55,542 bases of DNA from NCBI GenBank assembly GCA_021775105.1, contig JAJFIJ010000027.1, forward strand, positions 1 to 55,542. Direction: 5' to 3'. Below the pieces are notes generated by a model, which made no database searches, was not told the DNA's origin, and saw nothing but the letters and a program-made list of their open reading frames with translations. Below, piece after piece: positions 38,124 to 45,848 of the stretch. Positions within the stretch are counted from its first letter, which is position 1; each line of letters opens with the position of its first letter. The position numbers and the translations under genes were made by a program. Source of the stretch: Rhodospirillales bacterium (GTDB lineage Bacteria > Pseudomonadota > Alphaproteobacteria > Rhodospirillales > Casp-alpha2).

Positions 38124-38645
38124 ATGGCTAGACAAGCCGTCGGACAGGGTAACGCCGCAGGAAAGGCCGGGATATGGTTATGGGTCGTCGCGATCTTAAC
38201 GATAATGGTCATCCTGTCCGCTCCGACCATGATTGTTCTGGCGCTCGGTTCACTTCCTACAGCTGTTGCCTGGCTTTGTGACCGTACCAAGGAGAAATTT
38301 GCGACATTTTGTGTTGGTGGATTGAACTTCTGCGGGGTGTTCCCGTATCTGCTGAAAATCTGGTTTGATGATCATTCCCTGTCGGCGGCGATGAATATCG
38401 TCTCTGATGTTTTTGCGCTGGCGGTGATGTACGCCGCCGCCGGGTTTGGCTGGGCCCTGTTTTTATCTATCCCGCCAGTGGTCTCAGCCTTTCTGAACGT
38501 CATTGCCCAACAACGGGTCAGCTATCTGCGTTCCATTCAAAAGGCGATTACCGATGAATGGGGGCATTCCGTTACCGACGAGCAGGAACCTGCTGAAATT
38601 GAGCAAAGCGAAACGCCTCCGGCCCAACCAACAGCAGATAATTAG
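38124..38645 (+). CDS. Hypothetical 4-TM membrane protein with an acidic C-terminal tail
   Basis: Four hydrophobic segments, GGAG upstream of the ATG, 29 nt after the kinase-like gene on the same strand. Confidence 0.65.
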   Translation: MARQAVGQGNAAGKAGIWLWVVAILTIMVILSAPTMIVLALGSLPTAVAWLCDRTKEKFATFCVGGLNFCGVFPYLLKIWFDDHSLSAAMNIVSDVFALAVMYAAAGFGWALFLSIPPVVSAFLNVIAQQRVSYLRSIQKAITDEWGHSVTDEQEPAEIEQSETPPAQPTADN

Positions 38646-38699
38646 AATATCACGCCCCGAAGCGGTTCCGATGAAATCCGCTTCGCTGGTTATATTCTA
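38643..38699. terminator. Long imperfect hairpin between convergent genes (candidate bidirectional terminator or REP-like element)
   Basis: Outer arms TAGAATAT/ATATTCTA, a 6x6 internal loop, inner perfect stem CGAAGCGG/CCGCTTCG (38658-38685). It begins at the stop codon of the membrane protein gene. Confidence 0.4.
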
Positions 38700-38799
38700 G
38701 CGCGTTTCCGACGGTTTTTGAATCGCCGAAAACGCCCTAGCTCATTGATATTGCTGCAAATACACGTTCGCAAATGAACCCATTTACTCCGGTTTTGCA

Positions 38800-39705
38800 C
38801 TAGCAGACATACTGCTGCTGGATCGCAGCGTTTTTCACTGATTTCTGAAGTTTTTCGAAGGCGCGCACCTCGATTTGGCGTACCCGTTCACGGGAAATTC
38901 CATATTCCTGACTAAGATCCTGCAATGTCGCGGGTGAATCCTTCAAACGCCGTTCAACAATAATATGACGCTCACGCTCCGACAGACGGTCCATGGCACC
39001 GACCAGCAGCGAGCGTCTTCTATCAAGTTCCTCACCATGGCCATATACTGTTTCCTGATTGTCACGCTTGTCTTCCAGCCAATCCTGCCACTCACCCTCA
39101 CCTTCTTCACGAACCGGTGTATTCAGCGAATGATCTGGCCCGGCAAGGCGCTGGTTCATGGAAACCACATCCTTTTCCGGAACGTTCAGCTGCTTGGCGA
39201 TTATAGATACGTTTTCCGGAGCCAGATCCCCGGCATCAAGTGCCTGCAATGTCCCCTTCAGTCTGCGAAGATTGAAGAACAGCTTTTTCTGTGACGCCGT
39301 CGTACCCATTTTTACCAGCGACCAGGAATGCAGGATATATTCGTGAATAGCCGCCCTGATCCACCACATCGCATACGTTGACAGACGGAAACCGCGGTCA
39401 GGGTCAAACCGGTTGACGGCCTGCATCATACCGACATTACCTTCGGAAATCAGGTCCGCTACCGGCAACCCGTAACCGCGGAAACCCATTGCAATTTTCG
39501 CAACCAAGCGCAAGTGGCTGCTGACCAGACGGTCGGCGGCATCCTGATCCTCATGCTCCTGCCAGCGCCGCGCCAGGGCGACTTCTTCATCTGCATCAAG
39601 CATGGGAAAGGAGCGTATCTTCTGCAAATAACGGGACAAATTCTGGTCCGGGGATAGATCAATTTGTCGAGCAACCTGCGCCATCGGTGCATCCTTCCAA
39701 CTCAT
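38800..39705 (-). CDS. rpoH: RNA polymerase sigma-32 (heat-shock sigma factor)
   Basis: 'LISEGNVGMMQAVNRFDPDRGFRLSTYAMWWIRAAI' and RpoH box 'QKKLFFNLRRLK'. An alternative ATG lies at 39684. Confidence 0.95.
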   Translation of the reverse strand: MSWKDAPMAQVARQIDLSPDQNLSRYLQKIRSFPMLDADEEVALARRWQEHEDQDAADRLVSSHLRLVAKIAMGFRGYGLPVADLISEGNVGMMQAVNRFDPDRGFRLSTYAMWWIRAAIHEYILHSWSLVKMGTTASQKKLFFNLRRLKGTLQALDAGDLAPENVSIIAKQLNVPEKDVVSMNQRLAGPDHSLNTPVREEGEGEWQDWLEDKRDNQETVYGHGEELDRRRSLLVGAMDRLSERERHIIVERRLKDSPATLQDLSQEYGISRERVRQIEVRAFEKLQKSVKNAAIQQQYVC

Positions 39706-39795
39706 CCCAAGGCGATAACGGCTTCAGATGCCAAGGGGAATTTCCATGTTGAGTCGGATAATAACCAAGGAATTTACTATAGTATAGGATTTTAT

Positions 39796-40800
39796 TTAAA
39801 TTTTTTCCAAATTCATCATTAACTTATTGATATTATGAGGTAAATTACTATTAAATATCATGTTTTCTTGAGTTGCTGGATGGGTAAACCCTAATAAAAA
39901 TGCGTGTAATGCTTGGTATTTATGCTCCTGAATTGCATCGCGAATCTGGGGTTCGGCGAGCCGCAATCTTTTGTGGTTTCCACCACCATATTGAGGATCG
40001 CCGACCACCGGATGACCAATACTCGACATGTGCACGCGGATTTGGTGGGTGCGCCCGGTCGACAACCGGCATTCAACCAGAGACGCCCCACCACCGATCA
40101 CTTTTTCGACCTGATAATATGTCAGCGCCGTTTTGCCGCCGCGTTTTACGACTGCCATTTTTTTGCGATTCGCCGAACTGCGGCCAATGTTGGTGTCGAT
40201 CTTTCCACTCCTTGGTGACGGTACACCCCACACGACGGCCTTGTAGGCCCGCTCGAGGGTATGTTCGGCAAACTGTTCAGACAGATGGTGGTGTGCCTGA
40301 TCGGTCTTTGCGGCAACCATCAGACCGCTGGTATCCTTGTCCAGCCGATGAACAATCCCCGGCCTCGAGACGCCACCAATTCCAGACAGACTGCCACGGC
40401 AATGAGCAAGCAGGGCATTGACCAGTGTGCCATCCAGATTACCGGCAGCCGGATGAACAACCAGACCGGCCGGTTTGTTAATGACAATCAGATGTTCATC
40501 CTCGTAGACCACATCAAGCGCGATTTCCTGTGCTTCAGGTTTAGCGGCCACCGCTGGTGGCACTTGCACAGTGTAAGGCCCTCCCTTGACCTTGGCGGAA
40601 GGGTTTGTCTCAGTTTCTCCGCAGGCCGAGACCTGCCCGTCGGAGATCAGCACCTTTAATCGCGACCGGGAAAACTCGGGCAGGGCGTCAGCCAGAAACC
40701 GGTCGAGGCGCATGCCGGTCTTGTCTTCAGGGACGGGCACGGTATATGTGGTATCTTCATTCACGGGGATATATTTTCCTCTGACGCCATACTCAATCAT
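39796..40800 (-). CDS. rluD: 23S rRNA pseudouridine synthase, RluD-type (S4 domain + RluA-family catalytic domain)
   Basis: 'RLDRFLADAL...SRSRLKVLI' S4 domain, 'HRLDKDTSGLMVAAK' catalytic Asp motif, 'GRTHQIRVHM'. Confidence 0.92.
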   Translation of the reverse strand: MIEYGVRGKYIPVNEDTTYTVPVPEDKTGMRLDRFLADALPEFSRSRLKVLISDGQVSACGETETNPSAKVKGGPYTVQVPPAVAAKPEAQEIALDVVYEDEHLIVINKPAGLVVHPAAGNLDGTLVNALLAHCRGSLSGIGGVSRPGIVHRLDKDTSGLMVAAKTDQAHHHLSEQFAEHTLERAYKAVVWGVPSPRSGKIDTNIGRSSANRKKMAVVKRGGKTALTYYQVEKVIGGGASLVECRLSTGRTHQIRVHMSSIGHPVVGDPQYGGGNHKRLRLAEPQIRDAIQEHKYQALHAFLLGFTHPATQENMIFNSNLPHNINKLMMNLEKI

Positions 40801-40811
40801 GGGACATTATC

Positions 40812-41168
40812 ATGCGCTGGCTGAAATTCATTGTCATCCTTTTGGGATTACTGATTGTTTGTGGCGTCGCCCTGCTTGGTTATGGCTTTTTCAAGAAATC
40901 TACACAACCAGACTGGAAACCGTTTGCCGGTTCGGAACGGCCTGCCCCGACAACCACGCCGCCGATCCCGGAGTACAAGCGCAAAGGGCCGCCGCCCGTG
41001 TTTGGTGATATCAAACTGGACATCCCGCCGCTATGTCATATCGCGTCCATCCAGTCTGAACGCCAGCGACTCTATGTTTCCCTGGGCCCTGTAGGCATCT
41101 GCAACCGGATCATTGTCATTGATATCGCCGATGGGCGAATCCTCGGTACAATTTCGAGCGCCCCGTGA
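40812..41168 (+). CDS. Small N-terminally anchored membrane protein, unknown function
   Basis: 'MRWLKFIVILLGLLIVCGVALLGYGFF' anchor. Its stop overlaps the next start (GTGA). Confidence 0.6.
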   Translation: MRWLKFIVILLGLLIVCGVALLGYGFFKKSTQPDWKPFAGSERPAPTTTPPIPEYKRKGPPPVFGDIKLDIPPLCHIASIQSERQRLYVSLGPVGICNRIIVIDIADGRILGTISSAP

Positions 41169-41647
41169 TCTCTCTCCCGCTGAGTTTCCTGAAATGTATT
41201 TCGGATGCCGCAGAAGCCGCCTATCCAAAAGAATGTTGCGGCCTGCTGGTCGGGCGCGACGATGGAGCTGGTGCCCTGGTCGTAACACGGGTGGTCGAAA
41301 GCCGGAATCTGGCTGAAGATGGTCGTCATGATCGCTTTGAAGTGGACCCGCAAGTCCGCTTCGACGTGATGCGGGAACTGGATGATTACGCCAAACAGGG
41401 CCATGCCCACCACCGCATTATTGGCCACTATCATTCTCACCCCGGCCACCCGGCCCAGCCGTCCGAAACAGACCTTTCGAAAGCTTATGAGCCAGATCTG
41501 GTTTGGCTGATCGTTTCTGTGGTTGACGGACAGGCCGTCCAGACAACCGCTCATGTCGTTGATTCCGAAGGTCGCCAGTTCCGTGAAATTCCATTGCGAA
41601 CCACCGACTGGCAGCCCTATCCTGTTCGCGAGCCAAATCAGACTTGA
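41165..41647 (+). CDS. Mov34/MPN/JAB-domain metalloprotease with an intact JAMM motif
   Basis: 'PKECCGLLVG' (Glu) and 'GHYHSHPGHPAQPSETD' (HxHx7Sx2D). GTG start overlaps the previous stop. Confidence 0.85.
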   Translation: MISLPLSFLKCISDAAEAAYPKECCGLLVGRDDGAGALVVTRVVESRNLAEDGRHDRFEVDPQVRFDVMRELDDYAKQGHAHHRIIGHYHSHPGHPAQPSETDLSKAYEPDLVWLIVSVVDGQAVQTTAHVVDSEGRQFREIPLRTTDWQPYPVREPNQT

Positions 41648-42690
41648 AAAAGGAACTTCCATTGAATTTCGCCAGTGACAACACGACCGGGGCATCGCCC
41701 GAGATTATTGACGCCATTGTGGCTGCCAATGACGGCCAGACAATGCCCTACGGCAACGATGATTACACGGTCAGGGTCGCTGACCGCATCCGCGATATAT
41801 TTGAAACCGATGCAGAGGTTTTTATGGTTGCGACCGGATCGGCGGCAAATGCACTGGCGCTTTCAACCATGACCGCAAGTTATGGTGCTGTATTATGTCA
41901 TTGGCTCAGCCATATTTATGAAGACGAATGTGGCGCACCTGAATTTTTTAGCGGCGGCGCAAAACTGATCCCGCTTGAAGGCGAAGGCGCCAAAATCAAC
42001 CCAGAACAACTTGAAAAATATGCCGGGCGCGGTGTCGGCGATGTTCATATGGTTCAGCCAATGGCGGCCAGTGTCACCCAGATTAGCGAAATGGGAACTG
42101 TTTATTCCGTTGATGAGGTTCAGGCGATTTCGGAGATTTGCAAAAATCGTAAGCTGAAACTGCACATGGACGGTGCCCGGTTTGCCAATGGTCTGGTCCA
42201 GCTGGATTGCAGCCCGGCAGACATCACCTGGAAATCCGGCGTCGATGTGATGTCATTCGGAGCTTCAAAAAATGGCGCCTTAACGTCGGAAGCGGTTATC
42301 TTTTTTGATAAATCCATGGCCCGCGAGTTCGAGTTCCGGCGCAAACGCGGCGGTCACCTGTTTTCCAAAATGCGGCTATTGTCGTGCCAGATGGATGCCT
42401 ATCTCAAAGATGACCTTTGGCTCAGGAACGCCCGCCACGCCAATGCCATGGGGCAACGCCTGAAGCAGGGATTAATCAATCTTCCCGGTGTCGAATTTCC
42501 GACGACTAACGATGCCAACATGCTGTTTCCGCATCTTTCACAAAATCTGATTGATGCCCTGCATGCTGACGGATTTCAATTCTACGATGATCGTTGGGGT
42601 GATGGCATTGTCCGCCTTGTCACCGCGTTCAATACACCGCAATCGCACGTTGACGCCTTCATTGAAGCGGCCCGAAAACACACCGGATAA
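41644..42690 (+). CDS. ltaE: Low-specificity L-threonine aldolase (PLP-dependent, beta-eliminating lyase fold)
   Basis: 'NFASDNTTGASPEI', 'GSAANALALS', 'MSFGASKNGA' (PLP Lys). TTG start overlaps the JAB stop (TTGA). Confidence 0.75.
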   Translation: MKKELPLNFASDNTTGASPEIIDAIVAANDGQTMPYGNDDYTVRVADRIRDIFETDAEVFMVATGSAANALALSTMTASYGAVLCHWLSHIYEDECGAPEFFSGGAKLIPLEGEGAKINPEQLEKYAGRGVGDVHMVQPMAASVTQISEMGTVYSVDEVQAISEICKNRKLKLHMDGARFANGLVQLDCSPADITWKSGVDVMSFGASKNGALTSEAVIFFDKSMAREFEFRRKRGGHLFSKMRLLSCQMDAYLKDDLWLRNARHANAMGQRLKQGLINLPGVEFPTTNDANMLFPHLSQNLIDALHADGFQFYDDRWGDGIVRLVTAFNTPQSHVDAFIEAARKHTG

Positions 42691-42724
42691 TATTCAGAGA
42701 TATTCGACTACAGGCAAAAAAATA

Positions 42725-42744
42725 CCCCGCAAAAAAAAGCGGGG
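42725..42744. terminator. Hairpin CCCCGC-A8-GCGGGG, candidate terminator; the T-tract is better on the minus strand
   Basis: 6-bp GC stem preceded on the plus strand by AAAAAAATA, which reads TATTTTTTT after the hairpin on the minus strand. Confidence 0.45.
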
Positions 42745-42762
42745 CGAGTTTCACAGGGAGGC

Positions 42763-42787
42763 TATTCAGGAAACATGTTCCTGAATA
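42763..42787. repeat. Perfect 10-bp inverted repeat TATTCAGGAA-acatg-TTCCTGAATA
   Basis: Read directly from the sequence. No T-tract on either side, so it may be a protein-binding site or a junction scar rather than a terminator. Confidence 0.5.
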
Positions 42788-42827
42788 CCTCTCCCTTATA
42801 CTTGGCGAAAGATCGCTCCTCCTTGAT

Positions 42828-43118
42828 TTAGATCAAGCACTCAACGACTTTCAGTTTTTCCAGAACGGGGAGTAATTTTGATCTGAAATCGGGGAAGGCA
42901 TCGGTCAGGCCGTTCCCGCACCCGAGATCACAGTACGTAAACGGCTGGCTGAGATCGCACCCTTTTGCGCCATGAAGTCTTGCCGCATAATCGAGAACGG
43001 TTGGGCTTTGCTGGGCGAAGTAATATGTCGTATAGAGCAGATCAAGAAGATAGGGTATTTCAGCCATGATCGGTCTATTCTGGCAACCATCAGGAATACT
43101 CCAAGCTCGAATTTGCAT
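42828..43118 (-). pseudogene. N-terminal remnant of a class I SAM-dependent methyltransferase
   Basis: 'MAEIPYLLDLLYTTYYFAQQSPTVLDYAARLHGAK...FTYCDLGCGNGLT' ends just after SAM motif I (DLGCGNG). The rest of the fold is missing. Confidence 0.5.
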
Positions 43119-43141
43119 CCCAACGACAGGATTTCAATACC

Positions 43142-44416
43142 ATGCCTATTAATCGTCGAACCTTTGGCAAACTGGTGATCGCTTCAATTGGCAGTACGCT
43201 TGCGCCAGCCGTGCTGGCCAGACCTCTTGCCAGGGTCGTTGTCGTTGGTGGCGGTGCAGCGGGTGCCACTGCGGCGCGGAAACTGGCAAATTCCAAACAC
43301 CGGATTGAGGTAATTCTGGTCGAACCCAACCGGCATTACACGACACCTTTTTTTTCCAACCGGGCATTGGCGGGCCTGCAATCGCTTGAAAATTTCTCTC
43401 GCGATTACCTTAAACTGACCTCCGCCGACGGCATTCGCGTTATTCACGACATGGTCATTGAAAGCGACCCCGGCAAACAGACTGTACGTCTCTCCAGTGG
43501 CGCTGACCTTCCCTATGATCGCCTGATCGTTGCGCCGGGAACCGGCCTCATCACAAAAAACATTGAAGGATACAATTCTACAAGCCAGCAGATTTTTCCT
43601 CATGCCTATAACGGATCGTCGCCAGATCAATGGGTGCTTTTGCGAAATCGGCTACAGGAGATGAAAGATGGCGGGCTGGTCATCATTACTGCCCCTCCAC
43701 GTCCGTACAAATGCACCCCGGCCCCGTATGAACGGGCGTCGCTGATTGCCGGGTATCTGCTGAAACACAAACCCAAGTCCAAATTGCTGATACTCGATTC
43801 AAAAGTTGAATTTCCCCTGATGGACGCAATGATTGAAGTCTGGGATGAAAAATTTGGCGATCAGATTGAGTGGGTATCGGCTGATTTTGGCGGTGCGATC
43901 AGTGGTGTAGACAACAACAATCAATCCATTCTGGCTGACGGTGAAATCTTTACTCCCGATATTGGCAATATAATCCCTCCCCAACACGCAGGCGCAATTG
44001 CTCATAAATTCGGTCTTGCCGACGACAGTGGATGGTGCCCGGTCAATGCCCTGACATTTGAATCAACCCGTCAGACGAATGTCCACGTTCTCGGAGACGC
44101 TATAGATGCTGGCGACATGCCAAAATCTGCAGCCGCCGCACATCAACAGGCGCTGTCTGCAGCAACGGCGATTGCCAACCTGTTGACCGGGTCAAACGAT
44201 CCGGTTCCTAAACTTGAAAACGCCTGTTATTTTCTGACCGAACCCGGTCAGGCGCTGGTTGTTGGCGGGCGTTATCGCGTAGATGGCGGAAAAATTGCTG
44301 GCGTTGAAGGGTATTCCAGCGATCCCGGCGAGAGTCCTGAAATTCGCCAGCAGACGGCCCGCAAAGGAGAGCAGTGGTATGCCGATGTAACGCAGGCGAT
44401 GTTCGGTCGCGGATAA
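43142..44416 (+). CDS. Flavocytochrome c sulfide dehydrogenase flavoprotein subunit-like (FccB/SoxF type), Tat-exported
   Basis: Tat leader 'MPINRRTFGKL', FAD motif 'VVVVGGGAAGATAARKL', 'PYKCTPAPYERASL', 'VHVLGDA'. Confidence 0.78.
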   Translation: MPINRRTFGKLVIASIGSTLAPAVLARPLARVVVVGGGAAGATAARKLANSKHRIEVILVEPNRHYTTPFFSNRALAGLQSLENFSRDYLKLTSADGIRVIHDMVIESDPGKQTVRLSSGADLPYDRLIVAPGTGLITKNIEGYNSTSQQIFPHAYNGSSPDQWVLLRNRLQEMKDGGLVIITAPPRPYKCTPAPYERASLIAGYLLKHKPKSKLLILDSKVEFPLMDAMIEVWDEKFGDQIEWVSADFGGAISGVDNNNQSILADGEIFTPDIGNIIPPQHAGAIAHKFGLADDSGWCPVNALTFESTRQTNVHVLGDAIDAGDMPKSAAAAHQQALSAATAIANLLTGSNDPVPKLENACYFLTEPGQALVVGGRYRVDGGKIAGVEGYSSDPGESPEIRQQTARKGEQWYADVTQAMFGRG

Positions 44417-44419
44417 TCC

Positions 44420-44767
44420 TCAGGCCGCTACGGAAGTCGGGCAACCGGCGTCTTTCCAGGCCTGCAATCCGCCTGTCAGATTGATGACATCACCATATCC
44501 AACCTTGGCCAGTTGTTTGGCAGCGGCGGCAGACCGCTTGCCAATCGCACACAGCATCACCACACGCTTTCCGGCAAATGCCGGAAACAGATCCGGCTCA
44601 AACATCGAAAGCGGGCTGAGGATTGAGCCCGCAATATGCTCACTGGCATATTCTTCGGTTTCGCGCACATCGACAAGCACGGCTTCGCCGGACGTCAACC
44701 ACTGGAACACTGATGTCGCATTGGCTTCAGCAATTGTATTTACTGCCTGATCAACGGATGTATTCAT
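44420..44767 (-). CDS. Single-domain rhodanese (sulfurtransferase)
   Basis: 'LVDVRETEEYASEHIAGS', active-site loop 'CAIGKRS', 'GGLQAWKDAG'. Confidence 0.85.
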   Translation of the reverse strand: MNTSVDQAVNTIAEANATSVFQWLTSGEAVLVDVRETEEYASEHIAGSILSPLSMFEPDLFPAFAGKRVVMLCAIGKRSAAAAKQLAKVGYGDVINLTGGLQAWKDAGCPTSVAA

Positions 44768-44798
44768 AATATCAAATTTCCATCAAATCCCGGGTTGG

Positions 44799-45173
44799 CT
44801 ATTCGTCGATTTCAAAACCGGCAGCCGTCCACGCACCAAGACCACCGTCAAGCACATAGATATTCTCAAACCCGGCATTGATCAGATCATCTCTGGCGAT
44901 GGGGGCCAAAAACCCGCTTTGGCAAACCAGAACTGTCTTGAGCCCGGGTACGCGGGGAAAGGAACCTGCATCCAGTCGGGACATAGGCAGGAGAAAGGCC
45001 CCCGCAATACGGGACTCTTCATAATCTTCCGGTTCGCGGAGATCGACCATGAAGATGTCTTCGTCTTTCATCCACTCAGACAACTGAACGGCATCCACAC
45101 ACGACACCGGGCACGCAGCATTAAAAACAACAACGTCATGCTTAATCTGATCAAGCTCGTGAAGCGGTTCCAT
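44799..45173 (-). CDS. Single-domain rhodanese-like protein with a variant active-site loop
   Basis: 'MVDLREPEDYEESRIAGA', loop 'CQSGFLA' (no Arg), 'GGLGAWTAAG'. Confidence 0.8.
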   Translation of the reverse strand: MEPLHELDQIKHDVVVFNAACPVSCVDAVQLSEWMKDEDIFMVDLREPEDYEESRIAGAFLLPMSRLDAGSFPRVPGLKTVLVCQSGFLAPIARDDLINAGFENIYVLDGGLGAWTAAGFEIDE

Positions 45174-45252
45174 TTTAATTCCTACAATTCATCGCATGCA
45201 AAGCGCCTGCACTAAATACGTGAGATATACATATATATTACTAATTTTTTTT

Positions 45253-45300
45253 GTCAATTGCTTTTAATTACATTTTTAATATGTATTAAAAGCAATTGAC
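45253..45300. promoter_or_regulatory. 48-bp palindrome (16-bp perfect arms) in the divergent rhodanese/soxS promoter region; candidate SoxR (ArsR-type) operator
   Basis: GTCAATTGCTTTTAAT-tacatttttaatatgt-ATTAAAAGCAATTGAC in a very AT-rich intergenic region. Confidence 0.5.
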
Positions 45301-45425
45301 GAGAAATTCGCCAGAATTTCGGGATTTTCTCCAAGACATACATATTCAGTTTTGCTAAACTGTCACGGCTTGATTTTATTGGGCTATCCATTCGGAAGTT
45401 GATATTGGATAATTTTGGAAAATAC

Positions 45426-45836
45426 ATGCGGTATATTACCGGATCATTTATTGCATTATTGATCTGTCTCAAATCGGTAACCGGGGCGGAACTGGTGATG
45501 TTTGAATCACCCGCCTGCGAATGGTGCGAAGCCTGGGATGAAGAAGTCGGTGTCGTCTACGCCAAGACAGACGAGGCCCGAATTGTTCCGCTCAGGCGGA
45601 TGGATATAGATGACCCGAGACATGGTGCGCTCGCCAGGATTCGCCCCGTCATGTACACGCCGACTTTTATCGTGATGGACGACGGAAAGGAAGTTGGCCG
45701 GATCCTGGGTTATCCGGGGGAAAGTCATTTCTGGGGATTACTGGATGAACTCATATCCAGAATGAAGCCAACTGTAAGTGGGTGTCTTAAAACGCAGACG
45801 ACGTCAGCAGACAGCGTGAAAATGACAAAGTGCTAA
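45426..45836 (+). CDS. soxS: Periplasmic thioredoxin-like protein SoxS
   Basis: Signal peptide 'FIALLICLKSVTGA', CxxC 'ESPACEWCEAW', 'YTPTFIVMDDGKEVGRILGYPGESHFWGLL'. Adjacent to soxR. ATG at 45426. Confidence 0.65.
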   Translation: MRYITGSFIALLICLKSVTGAELVMFESPACEWCEAWDEEVGVVYAKTDEARIVPLRRMDIDDPRHGALARIRPVMYTPTFIVMDDGKEVGRILGYPGESHFWGLLDELISRMKPTVSGCLKTQTTSADSVKMTKC

Positions 45837-45848
45837 AGCTTGTGCTGA

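Noticed and set aside
41072-41695. 207-aa minus-strand ORF
   Set aside because: It is antisense to the JAMM-protease gene (intact HxHx7Sx2D motif on the plus strand) and to the small membrane protein gene. No recognisable motif.
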